This document shows positions 1 to 9,915 of a DNA stretch of 64,000 nt, piece by piece. This stretch comes from Alphaproteobacteria bacterium. Its GTDB lineage: Bacteria; Pseudomonadota; Alphaproteobacteria; UBA828. The position numbers were made by a program, and so were the translations under genes. Where the stretch lies: the NCBI GenBank assembly GCA_965237415.1, contig CBDEFM010000002.1, positions 896,001-960,000 on the forward strand. The letters are read 5' to 3'. The first letter of the stretch is position 1. Each line of letters starts with the position of its first letter. The notes beneath the pieces are model-generated. The model did no database searches. It saw only the letters and a list, made by a program, of their open reading frames with translations, and was not told the DNA's origin.

Positions 1-872
1 GTCTCCAACAGGCCGATCCTGCCGGGATTGACACCCACATTTCGGATCACGATGTCGGAGCCCGGCACGATCAACGCGGCGGCGAGCGGAAAGGCCGCGG
101 CGCTCGGGTCACCCGGCACCGTGAGCGTGCAGGGTTCAAGCTCCGGATATCCGGCAACGGAAATCGCGCTGCCTCCGTCCGAGTCCGTCTCGACGCTGAC
201 CCGCGCGCCGAAGAGGCGCAGCAGACGCTCGGTGTGATCTCGACTGGGCGCGGGCTCGACCACACGGGTTTCCCCGGGCGCGTTGAGGCCGGCGAGCAGC
301 ACCGCCGACTTCACCTGCGCCGAGGGCATCGGCAGCCGATACTCGATCGGCAACGGATGGTCAGCGCCGATCAGCGCGAACGGCAACCGGCCGCCGCTGC
401 GTGCCACAAACTGCGCGCCCATCCGCTCCAGCGGTTCGATGATCCGCCCCATCGGCCGCCGTCGCAGCGAGCGATCGCCGGTCATGAAGGTAGTGAACCC
501 GTGGCTCGCGCAGATCCCCGCAAGCAGGCGCACCGCCGTCCCCGAATTGCCGAGGTCGAGCGCCGCGCCGGGCTCGGCCAACCCGCCGACGCCGCCGCCA
601 TACACGCGCCAGCTTCCGTCATCGGTCCGCTCAATGGTCGCCCCAAGCGCACGGAGCGCAGCTGCCGTCGCGGCCACGTCCTCGCCCTCCAGCAGGCCGC
701 TGACACAGGTCTCCCCCACCGCGAGCGCGCCGAGCATTAGCACGCGGTGAGAGATGGACTTGTCGCCAGGCACGGCGCACGTTCCCCTCAAGGGGCCGGC
801 AGCCGACGAGATCAGGGGGTGCGGCACGTGCTCTCCGGCGCAATCCTCGCGGCGCGCGCGTGGCGTGGACAT
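1..872 (-). CDS. aroA: EPSP synthase (5' part; runs off window start)
   Basis: Manual minus-strand translation from ATG 872: ...AVPGDKSISHRVLMLGALAVGET..LLEGEDV..LDLGNSGTAVRLL, the AroA N-terminal motifs. Start could also be a GTG ~45 nt downstream. Not in the ORF track because it is open at the edge. Confidence 0.95.
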   Translation of the reverse strand, partial: MSTPRARREDCAGEHVPHPLISSAAGPLRGTCAVPGDKSISHRVLMLGALAVGETCVSGLLEGEDVAATAAALRALGATIERTDDGSWRVYGGGVGGLAEPGAALDLGNSGTAVRLLAGICASHGFTTFMTGDRSLRRRPMGRIIEPLERMGAQFVARSGGRLPFALIGADHPLPIEYRLPMPSAQVKSAVLLAGLNAPGETRVVEPAPSRDHTERLLRLFGARVSVETDSDGGSAISVAGYPELEPCTLTVPGDPSAAAFPLAAALIVPGSDIVIRNVGVNPGRIGLLE

Positions 873-910
873 GGCGTCGGACACACCACGTCTCTAGCAC
901 AGCGGAAGGC

Positions 911-934
911 AGCGTCAAGCGGCGCAAATTCGAT
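911..934. repeat. Left direct repeat of the island (AGCGTCAAGCGGCGCAAATTCGAT; core TSD 918-933)
   Basis: Identical to 36366-36389 and abuts the TGT terminus of IS copy 1. Confidence 0.92.
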
Positions 935-1011
935 GTCACTAGCACATGATGTGTCCGGTTTAGGTAGCACACGAGTTGTCCGGTTTGGTCTCTCCGTGGG
1001 GAGGGACCCTG

Positions 1012-2196
1012 ATGAGCCGGACGACGTTGCTACAGGAACGCAGGATGCAGACGTTTCAGAATGTGCTGGGGCACTGGCAGGCACGGCGCCTGTCTGCGCT
1101 GGAGGCGGCGGAGATGCTGGGGATGAGCGAGCGGAGCTTCCGCCGCTACCGGCGCCGCTACGAGGACGATGGCCTGGACGGATTGTTCGACCGAAGGCTC
1201 GACAAGGCGTCCGCGCGCCGCGTGCCGGCCGACCGGATCGAATGGGTGCTCGAGCAGTACCGAACCCGCCATACGGGCTGGACGGTCAAGCACTTCCACG
1301 ACCATCTCTGCGCCCACCATGGCTTCGCCTGGAGCTACACCTGGACCAAGACCGCCTTGCAGCGCGCAGGCTTGGTGTCCAAGGCACCCAGGCGCGGCGC
1401 CCACCGTCGCCGGCGCCCGCGCAAGCCCTGCGTCGGCATGATGGTCCACCAGGACGGCTCACGCCATGAGTGGCTGGCCGGCCAGGCGGCGTGCGACCTG
1501 ATCGTCACCATGGACGACGCCACCAGCGAGATCTATTCGGCCTTCCTGGTCGAGGAGGAAGGCACCGCGTCCACCTTCCGGGCGCTGAAGCAGGTGTTCT
1601 GCGACAAGGGGATGCCCAGCAGCCTCTACACCGACCGTGGCAGCCACTACTTCCACACCCCCGAGGCAGGCGGCAAGGTCGCCAAGGATCGACACACCCA
1701 GGTCGGCCGCGCCCTCCATCAGCTCGGCATCGAGCACATCGCTGCCTATTCGCCCGAGGCCCGCGGCCGCTCCGAGCGCGCCTTCGGCACCCTCCAGGAC
1801 CGCCTCGTCAAGGAACTGGCGCTGGCGGGGATCGCGACGGTCGAAGCCGCCGACCGCTTCATCGCAGACACCTACCTGCCCGACCACAATCGCCGCTTCG
1901 CCACCCCGCCCGAGCTCGACGACAGCGCCTTCGTGCCCCTCGTCCGCCCCGACCAGGTCGACGACATCCTCTGCCTGCACACAGAGCGCACAGTCGCCCG
2001 CGACAACACCGTGCGCTACGAAAGGCGCGTCCTCCAGATCCCCGCCACCCCAGCCAGACACCACTACGTCAAGGCCAGGGTCCGGGTCCACGAGTATCCG
2101 GACGGAACCCTCGCCCTCTTCCACGGGCCCCGACGCCTCGCCCGCTACACCGCCAACGGCGAGCCCATCGAAACCCCAACCCGGCAGGCCGCGTGA
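1012..2196 (+). CDS. ISNCY/IS1202-family DDE transposase
   Basis: N-terminal HTH (EAAEMLGMSERSFRR), rve-type core HQDGSRHEW..DDATS..YTDRGSHY..GRSERAFGTLQDRL. Confidence 0.93.
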   Translation: MSRTTLLQERRMQTFQNVLGHWQARRLSALEAAEMLGMSERSFRRYRRRYEDDGLDGLFDRRLDKASARRVPADRIEWVLEQYRTRHTGWTVKHFHDHLCAHHGFAWSYTWTKTALQRAGLVSKAPRRGAHRRRRPRKPCVGMMVHQDGSRHEWLAGQAACDLIVTMDDATSEIYSAFLVEEEGTASTFRALKQVFCDKGMPSSLYTDRGSHYFHTPEAGGKVAKDRHTQVGRALHQLGIEHIAAYSPEARGRSERAFGTLQDRLVKELALAGIATVEAADRFIADTYLPDHNRRFATPPELDDSAFVPLVRPDQVDDILCLHTERTVARDNTVRYERRVLQIPATPARHHYVKARVRVHEYPDGTLALFHGPRRLARYTANGEPIETPTRQAA

Positions 2197-2328
2197 GACG
2201 CTTCGACGCGACCGGCCGGCGCCCTGTGGACAAGTGGACAGCCGCTCCGCGCCTGACCACTTCCCCACAGGGCCACAACAACAGAAGCGGACAAATGATG
2301 TGCTACCAAAACCGGACAAATACACTTG

Positions 2329-2461
2329 CTAGTCACCTGAATCTGAAGTTCACCACATAAAGCTAACTATGTTGAACGACTAAATGCTTCGACAATAGAG
2401 CGACTTAGTGTGGCAGCACTGCTAATCTATAATGATCTCAACTTCAGTGCCAGATGACTAG
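2329..2461 (+). mobile_element. 133-bp MITE copy 1 (subfamily A), CTAG-flanked
   Basis: CTAGTCACCTGAATCTGAAGTT...AACTTCAGTGCCAGATGACTAG; removing it restores the IS end CTTGCTAGCGACA seen at ~29424-29436. Confidence 0.93.
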
Positions 2462-2466
2462 CGACA

Positions 2467-3827
2467 CTGATTGTTTCCCATGAGCCGCCGCCAGGTCTTG
2501 CTGGCGGTGGTGATCAGCTTGAAGACCATGGCCAGGTCTTGCTGGCGGTGGTGATCAGCTTGAAGACCATGGCCAGAGTTGTCCCGTGAGACAAGCAGCC
2601 CTTGGTGCGCACGGTGCGGTGGCGGACGGTAGCGAAGACGCTTTCGATTGGATTGGTCGTCCTGATATGCCGCCAGTGCTCGGCCGGGAAGTCGTAGAAG
2701 GCCAGCAAGGCGTCGCGGTCCTTTGTCAAGCAGGCGACGGCTTGGGGGTATGTGGCGTCGTACTTGGCGGCGAAAGTATTCATCGCCCTCTCGGCCTCGG
2801 CGCGGCCATCCGCCATCCAGATATCATGCAGGGCAGCTTCGGCGGCCGTTTGTCGCGACTTCGGCAGCTTGTTCAAGACATTGGCTGTCTTGTGGACCCA
2901 GCAGCGCTGGCGGCGGGTGTCGGGAAAGATCTCCTCCAGCGCCTTCCAGAAGCCCAGAGCGCCATCGCCGATGGCGAGCTCGGGACCAATCGTGAGCCCG
3001 CGCCCGCGCAGGCATGCCAGCAACTCACGCCAGCTCTGGGCGCTCTCGCGCACCCCCGCCTGGAAGCCCACGAGTTCCTTGCGTCCCTCCGGCGTGGCGC
3101 CGATGAGGACCAGAATGCATTGCTTCTCGTCCTCCAGCCGACCCTGGAGATGGATGCCATCGGCCCACATGTAGACGTAGCGTCGGGCCGACAGGTCGCG
3201 CCGGCACCAGCGCTCGTGCTCGGCCTCCCACTCCGCCTTCAGGCGGCCGATCACCTGCGCCGACAAGCCAGAGGCGTCCTTGCCGAGCAACGCCTCCAGC
3301 GCCTCCTGGAAGTCCCCGCTGGACACGCCACGAAGGTAGAGCGTCGGCAAAACCGCATCCAGCGACCGCGTCCGCCGCGCGAAACGGGGCAGAATGGCCG
3401 ACGTGAAACGGATGCGCTCTCCTCCGACGCTGCCACGGTCCCGGACCTTCGGGCGCCGCACAGACACAGGACCAATGCCAGTCAGGATCGCCCGTTCCGG
3501 CCCGTGGCCATGACCCAGTCAGGATCGCCCGTTCCGGCCCGTGGCCATGACGCACCAGGCGCCGGCGGCCGTCTTCGGTCTTCAGATGTTCATGCGCCGC
3601 CAGCACGGCGGCAACCTCCGCTTCAATGGCCTGTGCCAGGAGCTCGCGAGCTCCGGCGCGGAGTACTTCGGTCAGCGGATCGGCCGTCACCCCTGGATGG
3701 TGCAGCGCGACAACACTATCTTCCGTCATGGCGTATCACTCCTTGCTCGGAGACCGGGAGGCTTCGTCACCCCCCACGATACGTCACCTCCTTCTCTCAG
3801 CCCGTCACCCACTCTCGGCCATAGCTC
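2467..3827 (-). pseudogene. IS256-family element, 3'-truncated, transposase frameshifted by two tandem duplications
   Basis: Near-identical to 6421-7812; 41-bp (2490-2571) and 37-bp (3478-3551) tandem duplications; terminus CGGCCATAGCTC at 3827. Confidence 0.92.
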
Positions 3828-3859
3828 CGCGCTTCAGGCGAAAAATCCGGCCGCCTCAG

Positions 3860-4357
3860 CTATTCTGCAAGAGGCACGGGCATAAACCAGCTAGCTTTGC
3901 CCGTGAAGCTCCCAACATCTATGTCAAAATTTCCTCGGTAGTGAACGACCCCCTTCCTTACAGCTTTCGAAGTGATTTCACACTCTAGTAGAATATCGTT
4001 TAGTTCAACGATGCGCTTGCGGCACTTCATATGGAAATTTCGAATATAGATCTCTTCTGTCTTCCTTGTCAGTCCGTTGTCGTAGCAGCTATAGATAGTT
4101 GTCAGTTGGGACAACCATATCAGCGCCATGATCGCTGACAAATGGAACTCACCGTCCGAGGGGGGAAAGAAGGAACAGACTCTTACAGAACCCAGCGCCC
4201 TCTTTTCCCCAATCAGGACGTTGGTTAACTCGAAATGATCTTCCTTGTACCCTCCCCCCAAGTACGCAGAACTGCGCGGCCCATAGTCATCTTCCGTTAC
4301 CCTCTTGAGGGAATCCCCGTGCACCATGGTCTCCATTTTTGAGAGATTCATGAACAA
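3860..4357 (-). CDS. Low-GC hypothetical protein, possibly AvrD-like/hotdog fold
   Basis: 165-aa ORF in an AT-richer segment; DDYGPRSSAYLGGGYK and HLSAIMAL recall AvrD-family N-terminal motifs (from memory). Confidence 0.5.
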   Translation of the reverse strand: MFMNLSKMETMVHGDSLKRVTEDDYGPRSSAYLGGGYKEDHFELTNVLIGEKRALGSVRVCSFFPPSDGEFHLSAIMALIWLSQLTTIYSCYDNGLTRKTEEIYIRNFHMKCRKRIVELNDILLECEITSKAVRKGVVHYRGNFDIDVGSFTGKASWFMPVPLAE

Positions 4358-4497
4358 GATCTTGGTACTCTGATCGATATTAAGTTTCCAACTTCATCGC
4401 CCTTCATCCTTCATCGTGGCCGATTCGATCCAGAGGTCTCGGCCAACCATCAAAATTTGAGAGGTCAACCCCACCGAGGTATGGGAGCAGCTGCGGT

Positions 4498-5667
4498 TCA
4501 AGAATCGAGCCGACCGAGGCCCGCTTCGAGGTCGGCGATGAGATCGTCGGGATCCTCGAGCCCGATGTGCATCCGCAGCAGGAACGGCGTTTCCGTCCAG
4601 GGAACGATGGTGCGGGGGATCGGCATTCGATTGTAGGCCACGAGGCTCTCGTATCCGCCCCAGGAGGAGCCGATCCGAAACAGGTCGAATCCGTTCACCA
4701 TGCGCGCGACCGCCGCCTCGTCGGTGGTGTGCATCGCGAGTCCGAACAGGCTCGACGCGCCTCCGAAATCCCGCTTCCACAGCGCATGGCCGGGGTCGCT
4801 CTCCAATGCCGGATAGAGCACCTGCTTCACCTCGGAGCGCGCTTCGAGCCAGCGGGCGACCTTCATCGCCGATGCGGATTGGCGTTCCAGGCGCACCGAC
4901 AGGCTGCGCATGCCACGCAGCGCGAGAAAGCAATCGTCGGGGGAGGCGGAATCTCCGAACGCAAAGGTCTGATCCGCGATCGTCTTGAACAGCTCGTCGG
5001 TCGCGGTGGTGATCATCCCGATCACCAGATCCGAATGTCCCGCAAAGTACTTCGTGCCCGCCTGGATCGAGATGTCGACGCCGTGCTCCAGGGGCCGGAA
5101 GTAAAGTGGTGTCGCCCAGGTATTGTCCATCGCGACCAGTGCGCCGCGTTCGTGGGCGGCCTTTGCGATTGCGGGCACATCCTGCATCTCGAACGTGAGC
5201 GAGCCGGGCGCCTCGGTGTAAACGAGCCGGGTGCTCTCGCGCATTGCCTCCGCGATCCCGGCACCAATCGCGGGATCGTAGAAACTCGTTTCGACCCCGT
5301 AGCGGCAGAGGATCTCGGCGCAGAACCACCGGGTAGGCCCGTACACGGAATCCGGAACGAGCACGTGGTCTCCGGCGCGGACGACGGCGGATACCGCCAT
5401 CGTCACCGCCGAGAGCCCACTGCCGGTCACCACCGTGCGATGCCCGCTCTCGACGGCTGCGACGGCCTCGGCGAGCGCCCGCGAGTTCTGGGTCCCGGTC
5501 GACCCGTAGATGACGTTGTTGAAGCGGTTGTCGCCGTCGAACCGGTGGACATAGCCGTCGAGGTTCTCGGAGAGGATTGTCGACGCCCGATGCACCGGAA
5601 GATTGACCGGGCCCTGCGCACGCACCGGCGCCCGGCCGAGCGCGATGAGCTTCGTATCCTGTTTCAT
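4498..5667 (-). CDS. metC: Cystathionine beta-lyase (PLP)
   Basis: VNLPVHRAST, MDNTWATPLYFRPLEHGVDISIQAGTKY, IGSSWGGYESL, HIGLEDPDDLIADL. Confidence 0.88.
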   Translation of the reverse strand: MKQDTKLIALGRAPVRAQGPVNLPVHRASTILSENLDGYVHRFDGDNRFNNVIYGSTGTQNSRALAEAVAAVESGHRTVVTGSGLSAVTMAVSAVVRAGDHVLVPDSVYGPTRWFCAEILCRYGVETSFYDPAIGAGIAEAMRESTRLVYTEAPGSLTFEMQDVPAIAKAAHERGALVAMDNTWATPLYFRPLEHGVDISIQAGTKYFAGHSDLVIGMITTATDELFKTIADQTFAFGDSASPDDCFLALRGMRSLSVRLERQSASAMKVARWLEARSEVKQVLYPALESDPGHALWKRDFGGASSLFGLAMHTTDEAAVARMVNGFDLFRIGSSWGGYESLVAYNRMPIPRTIVPWTETPFLLRMHIGLEDPDDLIADLEAGLGRLDS

Positions 5668-5679
5668 TTGCCGTCCTGT

Positions 5680-5950
5680 GAGTTATGCCCGATTTTGGGT
5701 GACGGCGTGATCAGGCGGCGGCGCGAGTTTTGGTTTCGTCGATCTGCATACCGTCTTTGAATCTCACCCCTTCGATGACCTTGGGCAACTGATTGTTTCC
5801 CATGAGCCGCCGCCAGGTCTTGCTGGCGGTGGTGATCAGCTTGAAGACCATGGCCAGAGTTGTCCCGTGAGACAAGCAGCCCTTGGTGCGCACGGTGCGG
5901 TGGCGGACGGTAGCGAAGACGCTTTCGATGGGGTTGGTCGTCCTGATACG
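5680..5950 (-). mobile_element. IS256 3' fragment with terminal IR
   Basis: GAGTTATGCCCGATTTTGGGTGA terminus plus the last ~80 codons of the 6452-7714 transposase. Confidence 0.9.
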
Positions 5951-6358
5951 CCACCGTGGGCAGCCGTGGGCTCGCACCGTTGCCGACTTCAACGCGTTCC
6001 GCCATGTGCCGTTTCACCGTTGTAGTTCTGCTGGAACCCTGACCAAGGGTAGAGCGGGTCAGGCAGGCTAAGGCGTTCGCGTTACACTTGCGCGACGGAG
6101 AGGTGCCGCACGTCCGTGTTCGGCCGGCTCAAGGCCAGTGCGACCGCGACCGGCCCCGCGAAACGGTCCAAATTGAACAGTAGTATAACGTAGACGGCAT
6201 GGCCACGATCTAGTTGGATGGTGGAGCGCAGACAAGGCCTGCCACGGACGACCTCTGGTGAGAGAGCGGTTCGTATCCCAGCGCCGACGGAGGTTCGTCC
6301 GCCCGTGCGCCCAGCCGCAGTGCCTCGATCACGGTCGGCGGCGTACGGGCGGCAGTGA

Positions 6359-6420
6359 TTGTACACCCTCATCGGCACCGCCAAATTGAACGACGTCGAC
6401 CCGCAGGCCTGGCTTGCCGA
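6359..6420 (+). pseudogene. IS66 TnpC C-terminal remnant
   Basis: Translates LYTLIGTAKLNDVDPQAWLA, the typical IS66 C-terminal motif; cut by IS256. Confidence 0.8.
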
Positions 6421-7812
6421 GAGTTATGCCCGATTTTGGGTGATGGCGTGATCAGGCGGCGGCGCGAGTTTTGGTTTCGTCGATCTGCATACCGTCTTTG
6501 AATCTCACACCTTCGATGACCTTGGGCAACTGATTGTTTCCCATGAGCCGCCGCCAGGTCTTGCTGGCGGTGGTGATCGGCTTGAAGACCATGGCCAGAG
6601 TTGTCCCGTGAGACAAGCAGCCCTTGGTGCGCACGGTGCGGTGGCGGACGGTAGCGAAGACGCTTTCGATTGGATTGGTCGTCCTGATATGCCGCCAGTG
6701 CTCGGCCGGGAAGTCGTAGAAGGCCAGCAAGGCGTCGCGGTCCTTTGTCAAGCAGGCGACGGCTTGGGGGTATGTGGCGTCGTACTTGGCGGCGAAAGTA
6801 TTCATCGCCCTCTCGGCCTCGGCGCGGCCATCCGCCATCCAGATATCATGCAGGGCAGCTTCGGCGGCCGTTTGTCGCGACTTCGGCAGCTTGTTCAAGA
6901 CATTGGCTGTCTTGTGGACCCAGCAGCGCTGGCGGCGGGTGTCGGGAAAGATCTCCTCCAGCGCCTTCCAGAAGCCCAGAGCGCCATCGCCGATGGCGAG
7001 CTCGGGACCAATCGTGAGCCCGCGCCCGCGCAGGCATGCCAGCAACTCACGCCAGCTCTGGGCGCTCTCGCGCACCCCCGCCTGGAAGCCCACGAGTTCC
7101 TTGCGTCCCTCCGGCGTGGCGCCGATGAGGACCAGAATGCATTGCTTCTCGTCCTCCAGCCGACCCTGGAGATGGATGCCATCGGCCCACATGTAGACGT
7201 AGCGTCGGGCCGACAGGTCGCGCCGGCACCAGCGCTCGTGCTCGGCCTCCCACTCCGCCTTCAGGCGGCCGATCACCTGCGCCGACAAGCCAGAGGCGTC
7301 CTTGCCGAGCAACGCCTCCAGCGCCTCCTGGAAGTCCCCGCTGGACACGCCACGAAGGTAGAGCGTCGGCAAAACCGCATCCAGCGACCGCGTCCGCCGC
7401 GCGAAACGGGGCAGAATGGCCGACGTGAAACGGATGCGCTCTCCTCCGACGCTGCCACGGTCCCGGACCTTCGGGCGCCGCACAGACACAGGACCAATGC
7501 CAGTCAGGATCGCCCGTTCCGGCCCGTGGCCATGACGCACCAGGCGCCGGCGGCCGTCTTCGGTCTTCAGATGTTCATGCGCCGCCAGCACGGCGGCAAC
7601 CTCCGCTTCAATGGCCTGTGCCAGGAGCTCGCGAGCTCCGGCGCGGAGTACTTCGGTCAGCGGATCGGCCGTCACCCCTGGATGGTGCAGCGCGACAACA
7701 CTATCTTCCGTCATGGCGTATCACTCCTTGCTTGGAGACCGGGAGGCTTCGTCACCCCCCACGATACGCTACCTCCTTCTCTCAGCCCGTCACCCACTCT
7801 CGGCCATAGCTC
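6421..7812 (-). mobile_element. IS256-family element, complete
   Basis: IRs GAGTTATGCCCGATTTTGGGTGA / TCACCCACTCTCGGCCATAGCTC; no matching TSD seen. Confidence 0.92.
6452..7714 (-). CDS. IS256-family (mutator) transposase
   Basis: YVYMWADGIH, GDGALGFW, QRCWVHK, RTTNPIES; 420 aa. Confidence 0.95.
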   Translation of the reverse strand: MTEDSVVALHHPGVTADPLTEVLRAGARELLAQAIEAEVAAVLAAHEHLKTEDGRRRLVRHGHGPERAILTGIGPVSVRRPKVRDRGSVGGERIRFTSAILPRFARRTRSLDAVLPTLYLRGVSSGDFQEALEALLGKDASGLSAQVIGRLKAEWEAEHERWCRRDLSARRYVYMWADGIHLQGRLEDEKQCILVLIGATPEGRKELVGFQAGVRESAQSWRELLACLRGRGLTIGPELAIGDGALGFWKALEEIFPDTRRQRCWVHKTANVLNKLPKSRQTAAEAALHDIWMADGRAEAERAMNTFAAKYDATYPQAVACLTKDRDALLAFYDFPAEHWRHIRTTNPIESVFATVRHRTVRTKGCLSHGTTLAMVFKPITTASKTWRRLMGNNQLPKVIEGVRFKDGMQIDETKTRAAA

Positions 7813-8331
7813 AACCGGAACTGCGCAAGACCGCTTCCCCCGTCGGCTCTAGTCTAAAATCCACTATGTTTCCGAATACACCAGTATTGAGAGTCAGAAC
7901 CGAGTAGCGGACGCCGCCGAACGTAAATTGTCTATTGGTCAATGCTCCTACAGTTTGGGATAGATCACCGCTAAAGTCGGGATGCCAGTAACCCACATTG
8001 TTGAATCCTCCAGAGAAGTTCTCCTGCCCCACTGTCAGCGTGATGCACCAGATGTCCAATGGGTCGGACGGATCGCAGGGGTCCGCGCTGGAGCGCGGAA
8101 TCGTGCCGTTGACCCGCATTTTATGACTGAAGAGGTGGACTCGGTGTAGGTACCGGTACCTGCCGGGGTCCGAGAGTGGACCCCATTGCGAATGCTCCAG
8201 TCCCCGGCAGAGGTGTTGTCCTCGTCGTTCGACGTGGTAGTCACCACCTGCAAGTTCTGGTTAGAGCTGCTGGTGATCACGACAAAGAGATCGGTGTTAA
8301 AGCCGAGAACCGTGCTCGCGGGAGCCGTAAA
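7813..8331 (-). pseudogene. Internal fragment of a large repetitive surface protein
   Basis: Two ORFs joined by a frameshift at ~8120: ..TTSNDEDNTSAGDWSIRNG..VIK/MRVNGT..DIWCITLTVG..; Thr/Ser/Gly-rich, cut on both sides by IS256 elements. Confidence 0.6.
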
Positions 8332-8447
8332 GAGCTATGGCCAGAAGTTGGTGACGGGGTGAAGGGTTAAGGCGGCGTATCGTGGGGGTAATCGAGCCTC
8401 CACTTCTCCAACGAAGGAGTGATACGCCGTGAGTGACAATAACGTTT

Positions 8448-8631
8448 CCTGCTTATCCATGAAGCTCAGCAAGGCTGCCGAGACGCAACGTATGAGCCAT
8501 CGCGGTTTCCAGTCGCTGTGCCATATCCGAGTCCGCACCGTGCAACTCCCGCCTACGTCGTTGTGACCTCGTCGGACTTAGACACGAGCAGGAACAAGGC
8601 ATCGGTGAGCGGACTTTCATGGATAAGCAGG
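8448..8631. mobile_element. 184-bp MITE copy 1
   Basis: 16-bp perfect TIR CCTGCTTATCCATGAA; 8-bp TSD TAACGTTT on both sides. Confidence 0.94.
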
Positions 8632-8638
8632 TAACGTT

Positions 8639-9883
8639 TTGAAGCTTTCCCAGCCATCGACGTTTTCCGATCGGTTGACCGAGGTGCTGCGCAGCGGCGC
8701 CCGGTCCCTGCTGGCGCGGGCGGTCGAGGCGGAGGTTGCCGGGTTCCTTGATGGCCACTCCGAGGCGCGCACCGAAGAAGGCCGCCGACGGCTGGTGCGC
8801 CACGGCCACCTGCCCGAACGCGAGATCATGACCGGCATCGGCCCGGTTGCGGTTCGCGCGCCACGCGTTCGCGACCGCACGGGCCAGGGCGCCGACCGCA
8901 TCCGGTTCAGCTCCGCGCTCCTGCCGCCTTATGTGCGGCGCTCGAAGAGCCTCGAAGTCCTGATCCCCGTGCTCTACCTCAAGGGCATCTCCACGGGCGA
9001 CTTCGCCGAGGCGCTGGCGGCCTTGCTCGGGCCGGACGCCGGCGGCCTGTCGGCCTCGACCGTGGCGCGGCTCACCGAGGTTTGGGCGGACCAGCACGCG
9101 CACTGGCTGAAGCGGGATCTGTCGGCCAGGCACTATGTCTACTTCTGGGCCGACGGCATCCATGTGCAGGCCCGGCTCGAGGACGATGCGCAATGCCTGC
9201 TGGTCATCATCGGCGCGACGCCGGAGGGTAAGAAGGAACTCGTAGGCCTCATCGACGGGGTGCGCGAGAGCGCCCAATCGTGGCGCGAGCTGCTACTTGA
9301 CCTCAAACGGCGCGGGCTTGCGGTCGCGCCCGAACTCGCCATCGCCGACGGCGCGCTCGGCTTCTGGAAGGCGATCGAGGAGGTGTGGCCCCGGACCCGC
9401 AGCCAGCGCTGTTGGGTGCACAAGACCGCCAACGTGCTCAACAAGCTGCCCAAGAGCCAGCACTCGAAGGCAAAGCGTGCTCTCCAGGAGATCTGGATGG
9501 CCGAGACCAGGAACGACGCAGACAGCGCCTTCGACGCCTTCATCGAGACCTGCGCCGTCAAATACGACAAGGCGGCCGCCTGCCTGGTCAAGGATCGCGC
9601 GACGATGCTGGCGTTCTACGACTTTCCCGCCGAGCATTGGAAGCATCTGCGCACCACCAACCCCATCGAAAGCACAGTCGCCACCGTGCGACACCGTACC
9701 GTGCGATCCAAGGGATGCCTCTCCAACAAGACGGCGCTCGCCATGGTCTTCAAACTCGCCCAGGCGGCACAGAACAGTTGGCGCCGCCTCGACGGACACA
9801 ACCAGTTGCCCAAGCTGATCGTCGGCGTAAAGTTCATCGACGGAATCGAAGCCGTCAGGCAACAACCTCAAGCCGCCGCCTGA
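8639..9883 (+). CDS. IS256 transposase (native GTG start ~8429 separated by the MITE)
   Basis: Same DDE motifs as 6452-7714; the original N-terminus VSDNNVLKLSQP is recovered when the MITE and one TSD are removed. Confidence 0.85.
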   Translation: MKLSQPSTFSDRLTEVLRSGARSLLARAVEAEVAGFLDGHSEARTEEGRRRLVRHGHLPEREIMTGIGPVAVRAPRVRDRTGQGADRIRFSSALLPPYVRRSKSLEVLIPVLYLKGISTGDFAEALAALLGPDAGGLSASTVARLTEVWADQHAHWLKRDLSARHYVYFWADGIHVQARLEDDAQCLLVIIGATPEGKKELVGLIDGVRESAQSWRELLLDLKRRGLAVAPELAIADGALGFWKAIEEVWPRTRSQRCWVHKTANVLNKLPKSQHSKAKRALQEIWMAETRNDADSAFDAFIETCAVKYDKAAACLVKDRATMLAFYDFPAEHWKHLRTTNPIESTVATVRHRTVRSKGCLSNKTALAMVFKLAQAAQNSWRRLDGHNQLPKLIVGVKFIDGIEAVRQQPQAAA

Positions 9884-9915
9884 CCCAAACCGTCACCAAG
9901 ATTCGGCTATAGCTC

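Larger units (their letters stand above)
934..2466 (+). mobile_element. IS1202-like (ISNCY) insertion sequence, copy 1; right end interrupted by 133-bp MITE
   Basis: Left end TGTCACTAGCACATGATGTGTCCGGTTT; right end AAACCGGACAAATACACTTGCTAG[MITE]CGACA; repeated TGTCCGGTTT internal sites; DDE transposase inside. Confidence 0.88.
8332..9915 (+). mobile_element. Second IS256-family element (distinct lineage) with 184-bp MITE in its 5' coding end
   Basis: IRs GAGCTATGGCCAGAAGTTGGTGACGG / CCGTCACCAAGATTCGGCTATAGCTC. Confidence 0.9.

Noticed and set aside
5950-6358. Possible small gene or RNA between IS256 pieces
   Set aside because: The ORFs lack an RBS or motifs; likely degraded filler that cannot be supported.
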